Source: Octopus sinensis (taxonomy: Eukaryota). From it: 64,000 nt of DNA. Positions 54,105-64,000 of this stretch are shown here, piece after piece. The notes below the pieces were generated by a model. It ran no database searches. It was not told the DNA's origin and saw only the letters and a list, made by a program, of their open reading frames with translations. A program made the translations under genes and the position numbers. The stretch lies in the NCBI RefSeq assembly GCF_006345805.1, contig NC_042998.1, positions 131,254,001 to 131,318,000 of the forward strand. Reading direction: 5' to 3'. Numbering within the stretch: the first letter of the stretch is position 1; the number at the start of each line of letters is the position of its first letter.

Positions 54105-54275
54105 TTCCACTTGAACTAATTTTAGTCGAAAGAATCGACCCCAGGACTTATTTTTATTTTTTAGCCTGTTAATTATTCTATTATTCACTATTACTGAATT
54201 GCTAAGTTATGGGTGTGTAAACACAAGTGATGGTGAGGGATACCCACAGTCACAAAGACACGCATACATAAACAC
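54105..54275 (-). mobile_element. Diverged SINE family 2 fragment
   Basis: ttagtcgaaagaatcgaccccaggacttatt...gctaagttatgggtgtgtaaacac...gatggtgaggga. Confidence 0.65.
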
Positions 54276-54331
54276 AAACATACATATATATATTTATATA
54301 TATATATATGTGTGTATATATATATATATAT

Positions 54332-54405
<74 letters not shown>

Positions 54406-54422
54406 CGAGAGCGAGAGTGAGG

Positions 54423-54489
<67 letters not shown>

Positions 54490-54600
54490 TTTTCCGTCTA
54501 CTAAATCCACTCACTAGGTTTTGGCTGGCTTGTTGCTATACTTGAAGACATTTCCCCCAGTGGGACTGAATCCGAGACCAAGCTTATTACCATGCCTATA
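54490..54600 (-). mobile_element. SINE family 2 5'/middle fragment
   Basis: gtctactaaatccactcac...gctatacttgaagaca...cagtgggactgaatccgagacc is the reverse complement of the 38043 head type. Confidence 0.55.
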
Positions 54601-54634
54601 TATTTCACAGTCTATCAACGTTATCACCATCACA

Positions 54635-54755
54635 ATGGTGGAGGAACTGGAGCAACGTAATATTAAGTGTCTTGCTCAAGGACACAATGTGTCACCATAT
54701 ATCGAACTCAGACCCTTACTATCGTGAGCCGATCAACATAACCAGTAAGTCACGG
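54635..54755 (-). mobile_element. SINE family 3 (CORE-like) head and central fragment
   Basis: aactggagcaacgtaatattaagtgtcttgctcaaggacacaa...atcgaactcagacc. Confidence 0.65.
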
Positions 54756-55674
54756 GTCCTCATGTGTGTGTTTGTGTGTACCGAGACGGAGTGAGAGAGA
54801 GATAGATAGAGAAAGAAAAAGCGAGAAAATACGAATCACCATCAGTTTCTCAACAAAAAGAATACAAACTACGACTATATTTGAAACGAACGGCCCCCAC
54901 CCTACCATTTTACAAAGGAACTATTTAAAAAAAAATAATGCAAATGAATTAGAGTGAGATAAGTAAGTCTGTTTGCAATTCAGAAATAAAATGGGGAAAA
55001 AAAACAGAGAACTAATGAAATTCCATCCGAGCTTCCAAAGATCCAAGGCTTAAATTTCAAGCGGCGAAAGCGAAAGCAAGAGTGAAACCCTAAAAATAAA
55101 CGTGTAACACAACAAATATAAAGAAAGAAACAAAATGAGACGGGGTGTGCTTAAGTAAAGAAGAAGAATTTATTCTGAGACTGAAGTTTCCTTCCTGAAT
55201 GCTTTTACTCGTGAAATGTTAGATTCTAACTGAATTAAGAACAAATTGGTAGAAAATTGATTCAGGAATGTATGTGAGAGAAAGTATATGTGTATAGGTA
55301 TTTTGTGCGTGTTAAACTTTACAAAAATATATACAAGAATTTTACTCACACATATTGAAACAAATGCTTAACGATATGTGAGCAATCACATGTGTAACTG
55401 TATGTATGTATGTATGGGTGGGTGGGGTTTTACTACAGTACCATACACTTGGCTGTAGCAAAATTCTTCAACACACGTTGAAACGTGCGGATGAATCTGT
55501 CCTGATATGAGACTGTGTACAGCCACGAATATAGATATATGTGAAATACTCTACATAAACATACGCATACTGTTTGTGTAGCATATATCTGTGTACGTAC
55601 ACACACACACTCATACACACGTATACTGAGACACATATTCATATACTGGTCTGATATTTTGACACAAGATCAGC

Positions 55675-55860
55675 AAGTTCGCAGGAGGAAGTAAGTGAAT
55701 TCTAGCGACTCCATTGCCCAAACGGTTCTTATCTTATCGACCCCGAAAGGATGAAAGGCAAAATCGACTTGGGCGGAATTTGAACTCATTACGTAAAGGC
55801 AATCGAAGTGCTGGTAAGCATTTTTCCCGTCGTGCTAACGATTCTGCCAGATTGCCGCCA
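55675..55860 (-). mobile_element. SINE family 1 copy
   Basis: ttatcgaccccgaaaggatgaaaggcaaaatcgacttgggcggaatttgaactc...gtgctaacgattctgccagattgccgcc. Confidence 0.85.
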
Positions 55861-55879
55861 CCTTTATATATATATATAT

Positions 55880-56153
55880 CCATATAGGAGCACACCGTCG
55901 GTTACAAGGACGAGGATCCCAGCTGATACGATCAACAGAACAGCTTGCTCGTGAAATTAACGTGCAAGCCCTCAAGGAAATTCAGCGTGACACAGAGTGT
56001 GACAAGGCCGGCCATTTGAAATACAGGTACAACCATTTTTGCTAGCTGAGTGGACTGGAGCAACGTGAAGTAAAGTGTCTTGGTCAAGGATAACAACGCG
56101 TCGACGCGAATTGAACTCACGACCTTGCGATCACACATTTTCTTCTTCACACA
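55880..56153 (-). mobile_element. SINE family 3 (tRNA head plus CORE-like central motif)
   Basis: Sense strand reads gatcgcaaggtcgtgagttcaattc...tatccttgaccaagacactttacttcacgttgctccagtccactcagct. Confidence 0.7.
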
Positions 56154-58004
56154 TGTTCATAAATATTATGATCTAATATGTATACATCTAATTATAAGCG
56201 GGGTACTTAGTGGTCGTACTTTCAAGGAATTTTGTTCCTTGTCTGTATTTTATTGCGCGTATGTATATTTGTATAACCTCGTATGTGTTTCTATGGTCAG
56301 ATATGTTTCTTGATGGTGGGTAATATTAATATAGTGTGCGTTATTGCCGTCTTTGTTGATAATGTACTTCTAAATATTGTTTGTGCTTGTTATTTTTGTT
56401 AATATTTCTATTGTATTTTTACTTTGCGTGTTTGATGTTTGGAAAAAAAATAACTGGGTTATCTGTTAGAGATTTCGCTAATGTGTCTGGTATCAATGCA
56501 TTACATTAGTGAATTCCAACATAATAATTGTCAATACCACAATACTATAACGGTACCAATTCTATTTCCATCACCAACGCCATCATACCATCCCTTAGTA
56601 CATCACTACTGACACACATTTGCAACTGTGACACTCTCATCAGCACCCTGTATGCTAAGTAATAAAGGGTTTGTGACATTGGCACAGAACTTCAACAGTA
56701 TAATTGACTCAGTCAGCCTCGGTATGTCATTAGTACTTATTTTCAACGAATCTGCGAAAGGAAAGCAAATTTTCTGAATAGGGTAGAGGAACGAGGGTGG
56801 AATCGGTACAACGTCGGACAAAATGCATTGTATTTGATTACATGTATTTACGTTCTCAGCTCAGTTTGACTCACCCTCCAGATTCGCTTCACATTTTGTT
56901 CTTCTGGGTTCACAAAATAGTGTACCTCTCGATTAGAACAATTTGCTACATTGATGTAAGCGACACCGAGTGTTCTCTCTCCCACGACGTAATCGCAAAT
57001 ATAAGTAGTTTCACCTTCTTCATCAATATCAAAGGACCTTGTTAGTTCGACGAATTGTCTACTTTATATTTGCATGTCTCATCCACATTTCTTGAACCAT
57101 CTTGGAAATTAGAACTATTCATTCTACTTCAAACTTCAAATCTATTTACACACACACACGCACACTATCTACCTTTAATCACTTCCAAAAATATAATCAG
57201 CGGTTCTGTTCTGAGGGTCTTTTTTATGAGGTCACACAATTTGCTGGAAAAATCAGCTAAATCTCTCTAAATCACACCCTTGTCTTTTCAAGTACAAAGA
57301 ATGTGATCATAGGTGCAATGTCGCTTGTAAATAGACGTAAAGGTTATGGCTAAAAGACCTGTAGGAGACAAGCTGAGCTGAGAATAAACAACGCGCTCAC
57401 TAGAAACAACAGCACATACACAGCAATTGCAATAATTGATGTTATATTAATTATATGCCGGGTTATTAACCGCATAATTAAAAATACTTTTGTTGAATTA
57501 ATATTAATAATAAATAATTGAAAAGATAGATTTAATTTATGGACATAATAATAAGAATACTATTAATAGAATTTATTTTCAAAACAGAGCGTGTATCAAT
57601 TTTAAGCATCTTAATTCCTATACAAGCTGCGAGAGAATTAAATGTGATTACATCGTACCTATCACAAGAACGTAAGAATATCAATAGCTGGTCATTTACG
57701 AGGTCAAAATTTACTGTTTTATAAAGTGCTATTCTTTCAGGTAATAAAACATTATATATATATAAAATCCTCTGTCTCTCTAACTGCTTCTCTGTTCCCA
57801 ATGCATTCTCAAACGGCTCAACCAAATCAAATAAAATTTTACATGGTAACACTATCATATCCCGCGAGTGTCAACATGTAATTTTTTTGTCATTTGGATT
57901 ACAACAATGCTACATTGGCACTGGTTCGGTATTACGTGTCAAAAGGCAAAGAATAAAAGTGAAAGAACAACATGTATATTGTAATGTGATATATTGTTTC
58001 ACTT

Positions 58005-59385
58005 TTTTACTTTTACTGTTAATTCTAAACACTACGACGACCACACATTTTGTATATGACTGTGTATCTGTCTGTGAATGCATATGCGAGTGCATGAGTG
58101 TGTATGTGTCTCACAGTGTGTCTTTCCACGTTAGGTACGTTATTGAACATACGATATGTATGTGAGTTCTGGTCACTGTCAACACGAAATTTTATTTCAG
58201 TTTCTATTAAAACAATATAACATTTCATAGAGGTTATCTTTCTATTGCTAATAGGACATTTATACCACAATGACAACGACATCACATATTTTATATGACT
58301 GTGAATCTCTCTGTGAGTGTATAAGTGTAACTCTACACATACATATGTAATGTCACTCGTATACTTTTACTTTAATTCTAACCACGACGATGGCGACAAC
58401 GTCACATTTTGTATATGACTGTGTATCTGTCTGTGAATGAATGTGTGTGAGTCTATGAGTGTGCATATGTCTCAGAGTGTGTGTACATTATTAGGTACAT
58501 TATTAAACACACTATCAATATGTGAGGGCTGGCCAGTGCCAATACGAAATTTTATTTTCATTTCGATTATTTTCATTCCGATTAAAACAATATAACATTT
58601 CATAGAGATAAAATTTCTATTGTGGTATACAATGTCAACAGGACATTGTGTACCACAACGACAACAACATTACATTTTTATATAACTGTGTGTCTGTCTG
58701 TGAGAGCATGAGTGTAAGCGTATGTGTATGTGTATGTCTTACAATGTGTGTCTTACCACGTTAGGTATGTTATTAAACAAGCTATATGTATGTGAGTGCT
58801 GGTCACCGTCAACACGAAATTTTATTTTCATTGTAATTAAAAACAATATAACATTTCATAGAGATAATCTTTCTATTATCAACAGGACATTTTATGCCAC
58901 GACGACAACGACATCACATTTTGTATATTAATGTGTATCTCTCTGTGAGGGTTTGGGTGTGCATATGTCTCATAGTGTGTGTGTCTTTCCACGTTATGTG
59001 CGTTATTGAACACACACACATCTACACATATGCATATGCAACGTCACTGTTATACTATTACTTTAATTCTAACCATGACGATGACGACGATGTCACATTT
59101 TTATATGACTGTATAACTGCCTGTGAATGACTGTGTGTGAGTGTATGAGAGTGTACATGTCTTACAGTGTGCGTGTCTTTCCGCGTTAGCTACATTATTG
59201 AATAAACTATCAATATGTGAGGGCTGGTCACTGTCAATACGAAATTTTATTTTCAATCTTTCTGTTGTTAACAGGACATATTATGCCACGACGACAACGA
59301 CATCACATTTTGTATACGACTGTGTATGTGTGTAAGTGTATGAGTGTGACTATGTTTCATAGAGTGTGTGTCTTTCTGCGTTTCC
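58005..59385. repeat. Diverged modular tandem array, about 7 units of 115-280 bp
   Basis: The anchor acgac...cacattttgtatatgactgtg recurs near 58035, 58275, 58390, 58665, 58900, 59085 and 59290. Confidence 0.85.
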
Positions 59386-59864
59386 TGCATGGATTTCAGT
59401 ATCAAAACATATTCTCCAATTACTCCTACCAACCACGCGGTTAGCCATTATGCATTATTTTTTTACTTGTAATTCATTATTACATATTCTTATGCGACTG
59501 CATAGGCTCACTTTATGTTTCTAATTCTAGAGCCAGACTAGCAATCCAATATCAACATTTCACCTTCTGCAACATTTCAACAGTTCACTTCCCTGTTGCT
59601 CTCTCCCATTGCAGCCCATTTCGGGAGTGTACCCATTTACGTACAATATTTCCTTTACACCTCCATTCAGTTGGTGAGTATATCCACTCACAGCTTTTCG
59701 ATTGGTTCAAAAATTACATACCCCTCTCCCAATTTTCCATGACAGATTATGGCCTGGAATCCTCCAAATGTAAGTATTACAAATCTCTTAGTTGGATTAG
59801 ACCATCATTTACTCCACAAATATTTTGTCGTCAAAGCTGCACTATAATATAGATATGCAGAGAC

Positions 59865-60170
59865 TACCTTCAGTCACGAATGACCATGGGATTGCGCCTA
59901 AAAAATTACCCTCCAAGGTACAAGTCCGTGCAAGGTTGTTTATGGAAAACCAGCAGTCGTTCATGCATACCAGCCACCCCAGCCATGCCACAGATGTGGG
60001 AAAGGCAGAGGCTGATACAGTTTGGCATCAGTGACGTCACAACTCATTTCTATAGCTGAGTGAACTGGAGCAACATGAAATAAAGACAACACACAGCCCG
60101 GTCCGGGATTCGAACTCACAACCTCACGGTCGTAAGATTGACCCTCTAACCACCGAGCCATGCGGCTTCA
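59865..60170 (-). mobile_element. SINE family 3 variant, near full length
   Basis: Sense head gaagccgcatggctcggtggttagag...gtgagttcgaatcccggaccgg; shares gttgctccagttcactcagct with the 55880-56153 copy but has a different 3' part. Confidence 0.8.
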
Positions 60171-60215
60171 CACACACATACACACACACATGTATATATA
60201 TGTGTATATATATAT

Positions 60216-60324
<109 letters not shown>

Positions 60325-60340
60325 TAGGGAGAGAGAAAGA

Positions 60341-60665
60341 GACCAAAGTGTACGTACGCCGCTATATTTTTATATATAAATAGTACAAAATAGGACAAAA
60401 ACGCAAAACATCCAGACAGATGATACAAAGAAAACAAGGACGGGTCAATCGGAGTTTTCTATCCTTAGTCAAGTTCCAGATTATCTTCGCAATTTCGGCT
60501 CTTTATACTCGAGATTGCTCCAATATGGCCAGCCCCAAAGAAAAACTAAACTAAGAGCATTAGATTCCTTGGAAGAAAGCAGCGAATGCATACGAAAACA
60601 AGGACGGAAAAAACGGAGAAATGTTACACAAATACAAATGCAAATAACGGGACGTAACAGCAGGT
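60341..60665. mobile_element. Dispersed repeat family P copy
   Basis: Paralogous to 61081-61455 (offset 740 bp) and reverse-complementary to 12893-13025 and 14442-14620. Confidence 0.7.
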
Positions 60666-61080
60666 GTCTTTCGACTAAGGATAAATTAAATTAAGCTGGC
60701 GTGTGTGGAAGTAAAGTCTTACCTGAGAAGAACAGGGAGGAATATAGATGTTGCTCGGATGTTAGTCGAACCAAGAAAGAAATGCCAGGCTTGGCCGAAC
60801 ACCACTCACGTGGAGAGAGAAGAGAGACAGGTAGAGACAGAGGGGTTGAAGAGTTAAAGAGGAGCAAGAAAAATAAAAGGGACAGAGTGAAGTGAAAGAG
60901 GAGGTAAAGTGAGAATGAAGAGAAGACCAGGAAATGTCAGAGAGGGAGAGCCAAAGAACGAAGAGTGGAATGAACGAAGCTAGTCTGAAAGGGCTGATAG
61001 AAAGAAGAAACAAAGGAAAGAATAGAAAGAATAATAGAGTCGTACAAAATTTATATATATATATATACTTACATATAAGA

Positions 61081-61455
61081 GATCAAAGTGTACGTACGAC
61101 GCTATATTTTTATATATAAAAAATAGAAAAAAAGACCAGAACGCAAAACATCCAGAGAGTTAGGTGATACAAAAAAGGAACAACAAAACATCGAGACAGA
61201 CGATACAAAGAAAAAAGGACGGGTCATTCGGAGTTTTCTTTCCTCAGTCGAACTCCAGAATATCTTTGCAATTTCGGCTCGTTATACTCGAGATTGCTCC
61301 AATCTGGCCAGCCCCAAGGAAAAACTAAGCTAAGAGCATTAGATTCCTTGGAGGAAAGCAGTGAATGCATACGAAAGTTATGTCCTGTTATTTGCATTTG
61401 CATTTGTGCAACATTTCTCTGCTTTTTCCGTTCTATTTTTGTATTTTTCATATAT
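61081..61455. mobile_element. Dispersed repeat family P copy
   Basis: Starts gatcaaagtgtacgtacgacgctatattttt, like the 60341 copy, and has the same internal blocks. Confidence 0.7.
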
Positions 61456-61510
61456 AAAATACATACATTCATATATATATATATATATAATAATATTATA
61501 TATAATATAT

Positions 61511-61562
<52 letters not shown>

Positions 61563-61605
61563 TTATTTAAAAAAGGAGATGTGGAACACGAGTTGTGATA
61601 TATAA

Positions 61606-61806
61606 AAAAGGAAATGAAGAAAATGCTGACAAAATAATTTAAGTAATTTAAGTAATCTAATTAGGTGAAAGTTCTTTTTAAAATCTATCAGAAAGGAACT
61701 CTAATCTTTTGATAAGCATAACAAATGCGCAACCGGTAAAAAGAACTTTTACCTAATTAGATTACTTAAATTACTTAAATTATTTTGTCAGCATTTTCTT
61801 CATTTC

Positions 61807-61811
<5 letters not shown>
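61606..61811. mobile_element. MITE or fold-back element, 75-bp inverted arms, 56-bp spacer, in TA-rich flanks
   Basis: 61606-61680 vs 61737-61811 are reverse complements with 1 mismatch. Confidence 0.85.
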
Positions 61812-61857
<46 letters not shown>

Positions 61858-62067
61858 ATATATATATATATAATAAAACTCCGAGTTTTGGATCACGGGG
61901 TGGGACGGACGGAAACCCATGACCCGACATCCGAAACTCGGAGCTCTATCATGGCTACTGAATAATAGTCACATATATTTACAAATAATTCCTCTAGTTA
62001 CATAATATCGAGGTCTCTTTCATTGTTTCGTTGTCTTACCATTTCTATCAATATATATATATATATA

Positions 62068-62103
<36 letters not shown>

Positions 62104-62468
62104 TACATTATTTATATTATTTACATTCGACGGATATTTGTCCTCATCTTCTTTGTTGTTAACACATCGTCTCATCTGATATACCCTCCAGCCTTCTTCC
62201 GGTGTCATGGGGTAAATTTCGAACCTGGATTCTCATTCTTAAGGTATTTTTTCGCTGTTGTAGTTGTTACTGTTATTATTATTGTTATTATCATTATCAT
62301 CATCATCACCATTATTATTATTATCATTATGGCTAATGTTATCATTATTGTTATTGTTGTTGTTGTTGTTCAAGTCATTGCTTGGAATCTAACTCGGAAT
62401 CTTGGGGTTAGTAGCCTCGCGCCCTTAACTACTACGCCATATGCCCGTGGGCATATGGCATCTGTATC

Positions 62469-62488
62469 ATAATAATAATAATAATAAC

Positions 62489-62560
<72 letters not shown>
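62469..62560. repeat. (AAT)n microsatellite abutting the LINE 3' end
   Basis: Direct inspection. Confidence 0.95.
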
Positions 62561-64000
62561 TCGTTCGTTTATTGGCCACAAGGACTAACAAAAATCAATT
62601 AAAACATAAAGGGACAAAACACAGGACGAAAGTTACAAAGGGTTTTGTCCGTTTGAAAATGTCCGTGTACAAAAGCAGGATGACAACGAAAAATAAGTAA
62701 CAATTAAAACTCCCAATAGGGGGAGGCGCTTCGAAAGGTTACTCGTTGAAAAACCCATAAAAGCCACGGGAGCCTGGTCAAAAGAGGGGTAGAGAGCCCC
62801 TTTCTCCTTTTATATTTCCTTTTAATTCTCACAGGTGTATCCTCAGAATTGGTCCGTTCATACTGGCCATTCTAGCGACATTCACCCACCTTTCAATAAA
62901 CTTGCTACCAGACATCACTTCCCTCTCTACTCTCATCTTCCTTTTCAAGTGAAACTTGAAAAAGTTGATGAGGCCTTGGCCAAAGGGGAAGGTGTTTGAC
63001 CTTAGCCCTTTCAAACGGGTCCACCATATCACCTCTTTCGCTACAGCCACTAGGCAAAGGAAAACTGCCTTGTCCTCCCGGTTAAAGGAGGTCGGCGGGG
63101 CAGTCCTCACTATGGATTCAGCTGATAGCCGGATCCGTCCTATACGCAACAGTAGCTGTTCGACATAAACCCATAGTTCAGCAATACTCGGGCACTGGAC
63201 GAGTGCGTGCAGAACGGTTTCGTCGTCCTGGGCGCTCCTCGGACAGGCCCGTCTGACGGCACGTCCGTGCCTGTAGAGTTTATCCCGAACAGGCAGAGCC
63301 CCTCGGTAGTACTGCAGAGCGAGGGACCTTTGGAAATTATCCATTGGCCCCGGCCCAAAAGTTCTCCCGAACAGACTGTTTAGCTCGTTATCGTCAACGC
63401 CTAGAGTTTCCTCGAGAACATCGTCGCACTTTTCTTTCACTAAACCTCTATAGAACGCTAGAGTGGAACCACTACCGATCGCATTGCCCGCCTGGTGGAG
63501 AGCCGAGAGAACTTGACGGCACTCGAGGTGCCAAGCACCCTTTCTCGGTCTGCGTTTGATCCAAGACTGCAACTCTGTCAAAGAGATGAGCTGCGGAATG
63601 TCGCGACTGACAAAAGATGACCACACCTGTTCACCGTCTATGAAACACTTTAGATGCCTTAGCCTGAGCGCATGTCTGCGCATCAGTAACCACGGCATGC
63701 CAAGGCCTCCGTTCAGCGGCCGTTGACAGCGGATGGATCGCCTGACCAGTGGTACCTGACCCTTCCACAAGAAGTCGAAAAGCAAGCGCACCAGCTTGGC
63801 CAACCAGCGGTCGGGACAAGGGACGACGGTCAATCGGTAACAGATGACGGATGCGATGTACGCATTCGCCACCTCCTCTCGACCTTTCAGGGACAGCTTC
63901 CACTCGGCCAATTTCTGGGTGAGATTGGCCACCCTGTTCGTCACCTCTTCCCAGTTTTTATCCACCTGGAGGTCTGGACCGAACCAGACTCCGAGCAATT
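62561..64000 (-). mobile_element. Second L1/Tx1-clade LINE family, 3' part with 3' UTR; runs off the window edge
   Basis: Homologous to 17995-19200 at protein level but clearly diverged. The 3' end reads ttgtggccAATAAAcgaacga followed by (TTA)n. Confidence 0.92.
62829..63998 (-). CDS. Tx1-clade ORF2 C-terminal 389 codons (5'-partial; post-RT region plus zf-RVT)
   Basis: Uninterrupted frame [10 protein letters not shown]...KLSLKGR...GGLGMP...LPVRDKL...ETVLHALVQCP. The listed start is a window-edge artefact. Confidence 0.85.
   Translation of the reverse strand: MLGVWFGPDLQVDKNWEEVTNRVANLTQKLAEWKLSLKGREEVANAYIASVICYRLTVVPCPDRWLAKLVRLLFDFLWKGQVPLVRRSIRCQRPLNGGLGMPWLLMRRHALRLRHLKCFIDGEQVWSSFVSRDIPQLISLTELQSWIKRRPRKGAWHLECRQVLSALHQAGNAIGSGSTLAFYRGLVKEKCDDVLEETLGVDDNELNSLFGRTFGPGPMDNFQRSLALQYYRGALPVRDKLYRHGRAVRRACPRSAQDDETVLHALVQCPSIAELWVYVEQLLLRIGRIRLSAESIVRTAPPTSFNREDKAVFLCLVAVAKEVIWWTRLKGLRSNTFPFGQGLINFFKFHLKRKMRVEREVMSGSKFIERWVNVARMASMNGPILRIHL

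Noticed and set aside
58005-59385. CRISPR-like array
   Set aside because: Eukaryotic context, units are long and diverged, the intervening sequences are homologous rather than unique spacers, and there are no cas genes.

Overview
AT-rich, repeat-saturated eukaryotic DNA. It is most likely octopus or another cephalopod, inferred from the SINE families and the extreme (TA)n/(GATA)n/(CATA)n microsatellite load. I could not recognise any host protein-coding exon, so the window reads as intronic or intergenic, and nearly all ORFs in the track are microsatellite artefacts. The recognisable content is transposable elements: three L1/Tx1-clade LINE copies (a 3.5 kb copy at 17.6-21.1 kb, a 0.5 kb fragment, and a sister family at the right edge), CR1/L2-group LINE remnants, a decayed Penelope element (RT + GIY-YIG), mariner/Tc1 remnants, a CACTA/Chapaev-like element nested in a mariner, non-autonomous Helitrons, fold-back elements and about 20 tRNA-derived SINE copies. 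The most interesting signals are: (1) a SINE whose 3' tail matches the 3' end of the Tx1-clade LINEs in the same window, sharing a terminal stem-loop plus AATAAA, while copies of the same SINE carry other tails; (2) Tx1 LINEs that sit specifically in microsatellites, (TATC)n for one family and (TTA)n for the other; (3) several degenerate hammerhead-ribozyme-like motifs of Penelope type, including an inverted pair; (4) several precise rearrangement scars (a 50-bp snap-back, nested TSDs, a two-left-end Tc1 fold-back). All alignments were done by eye; no database searches were run.
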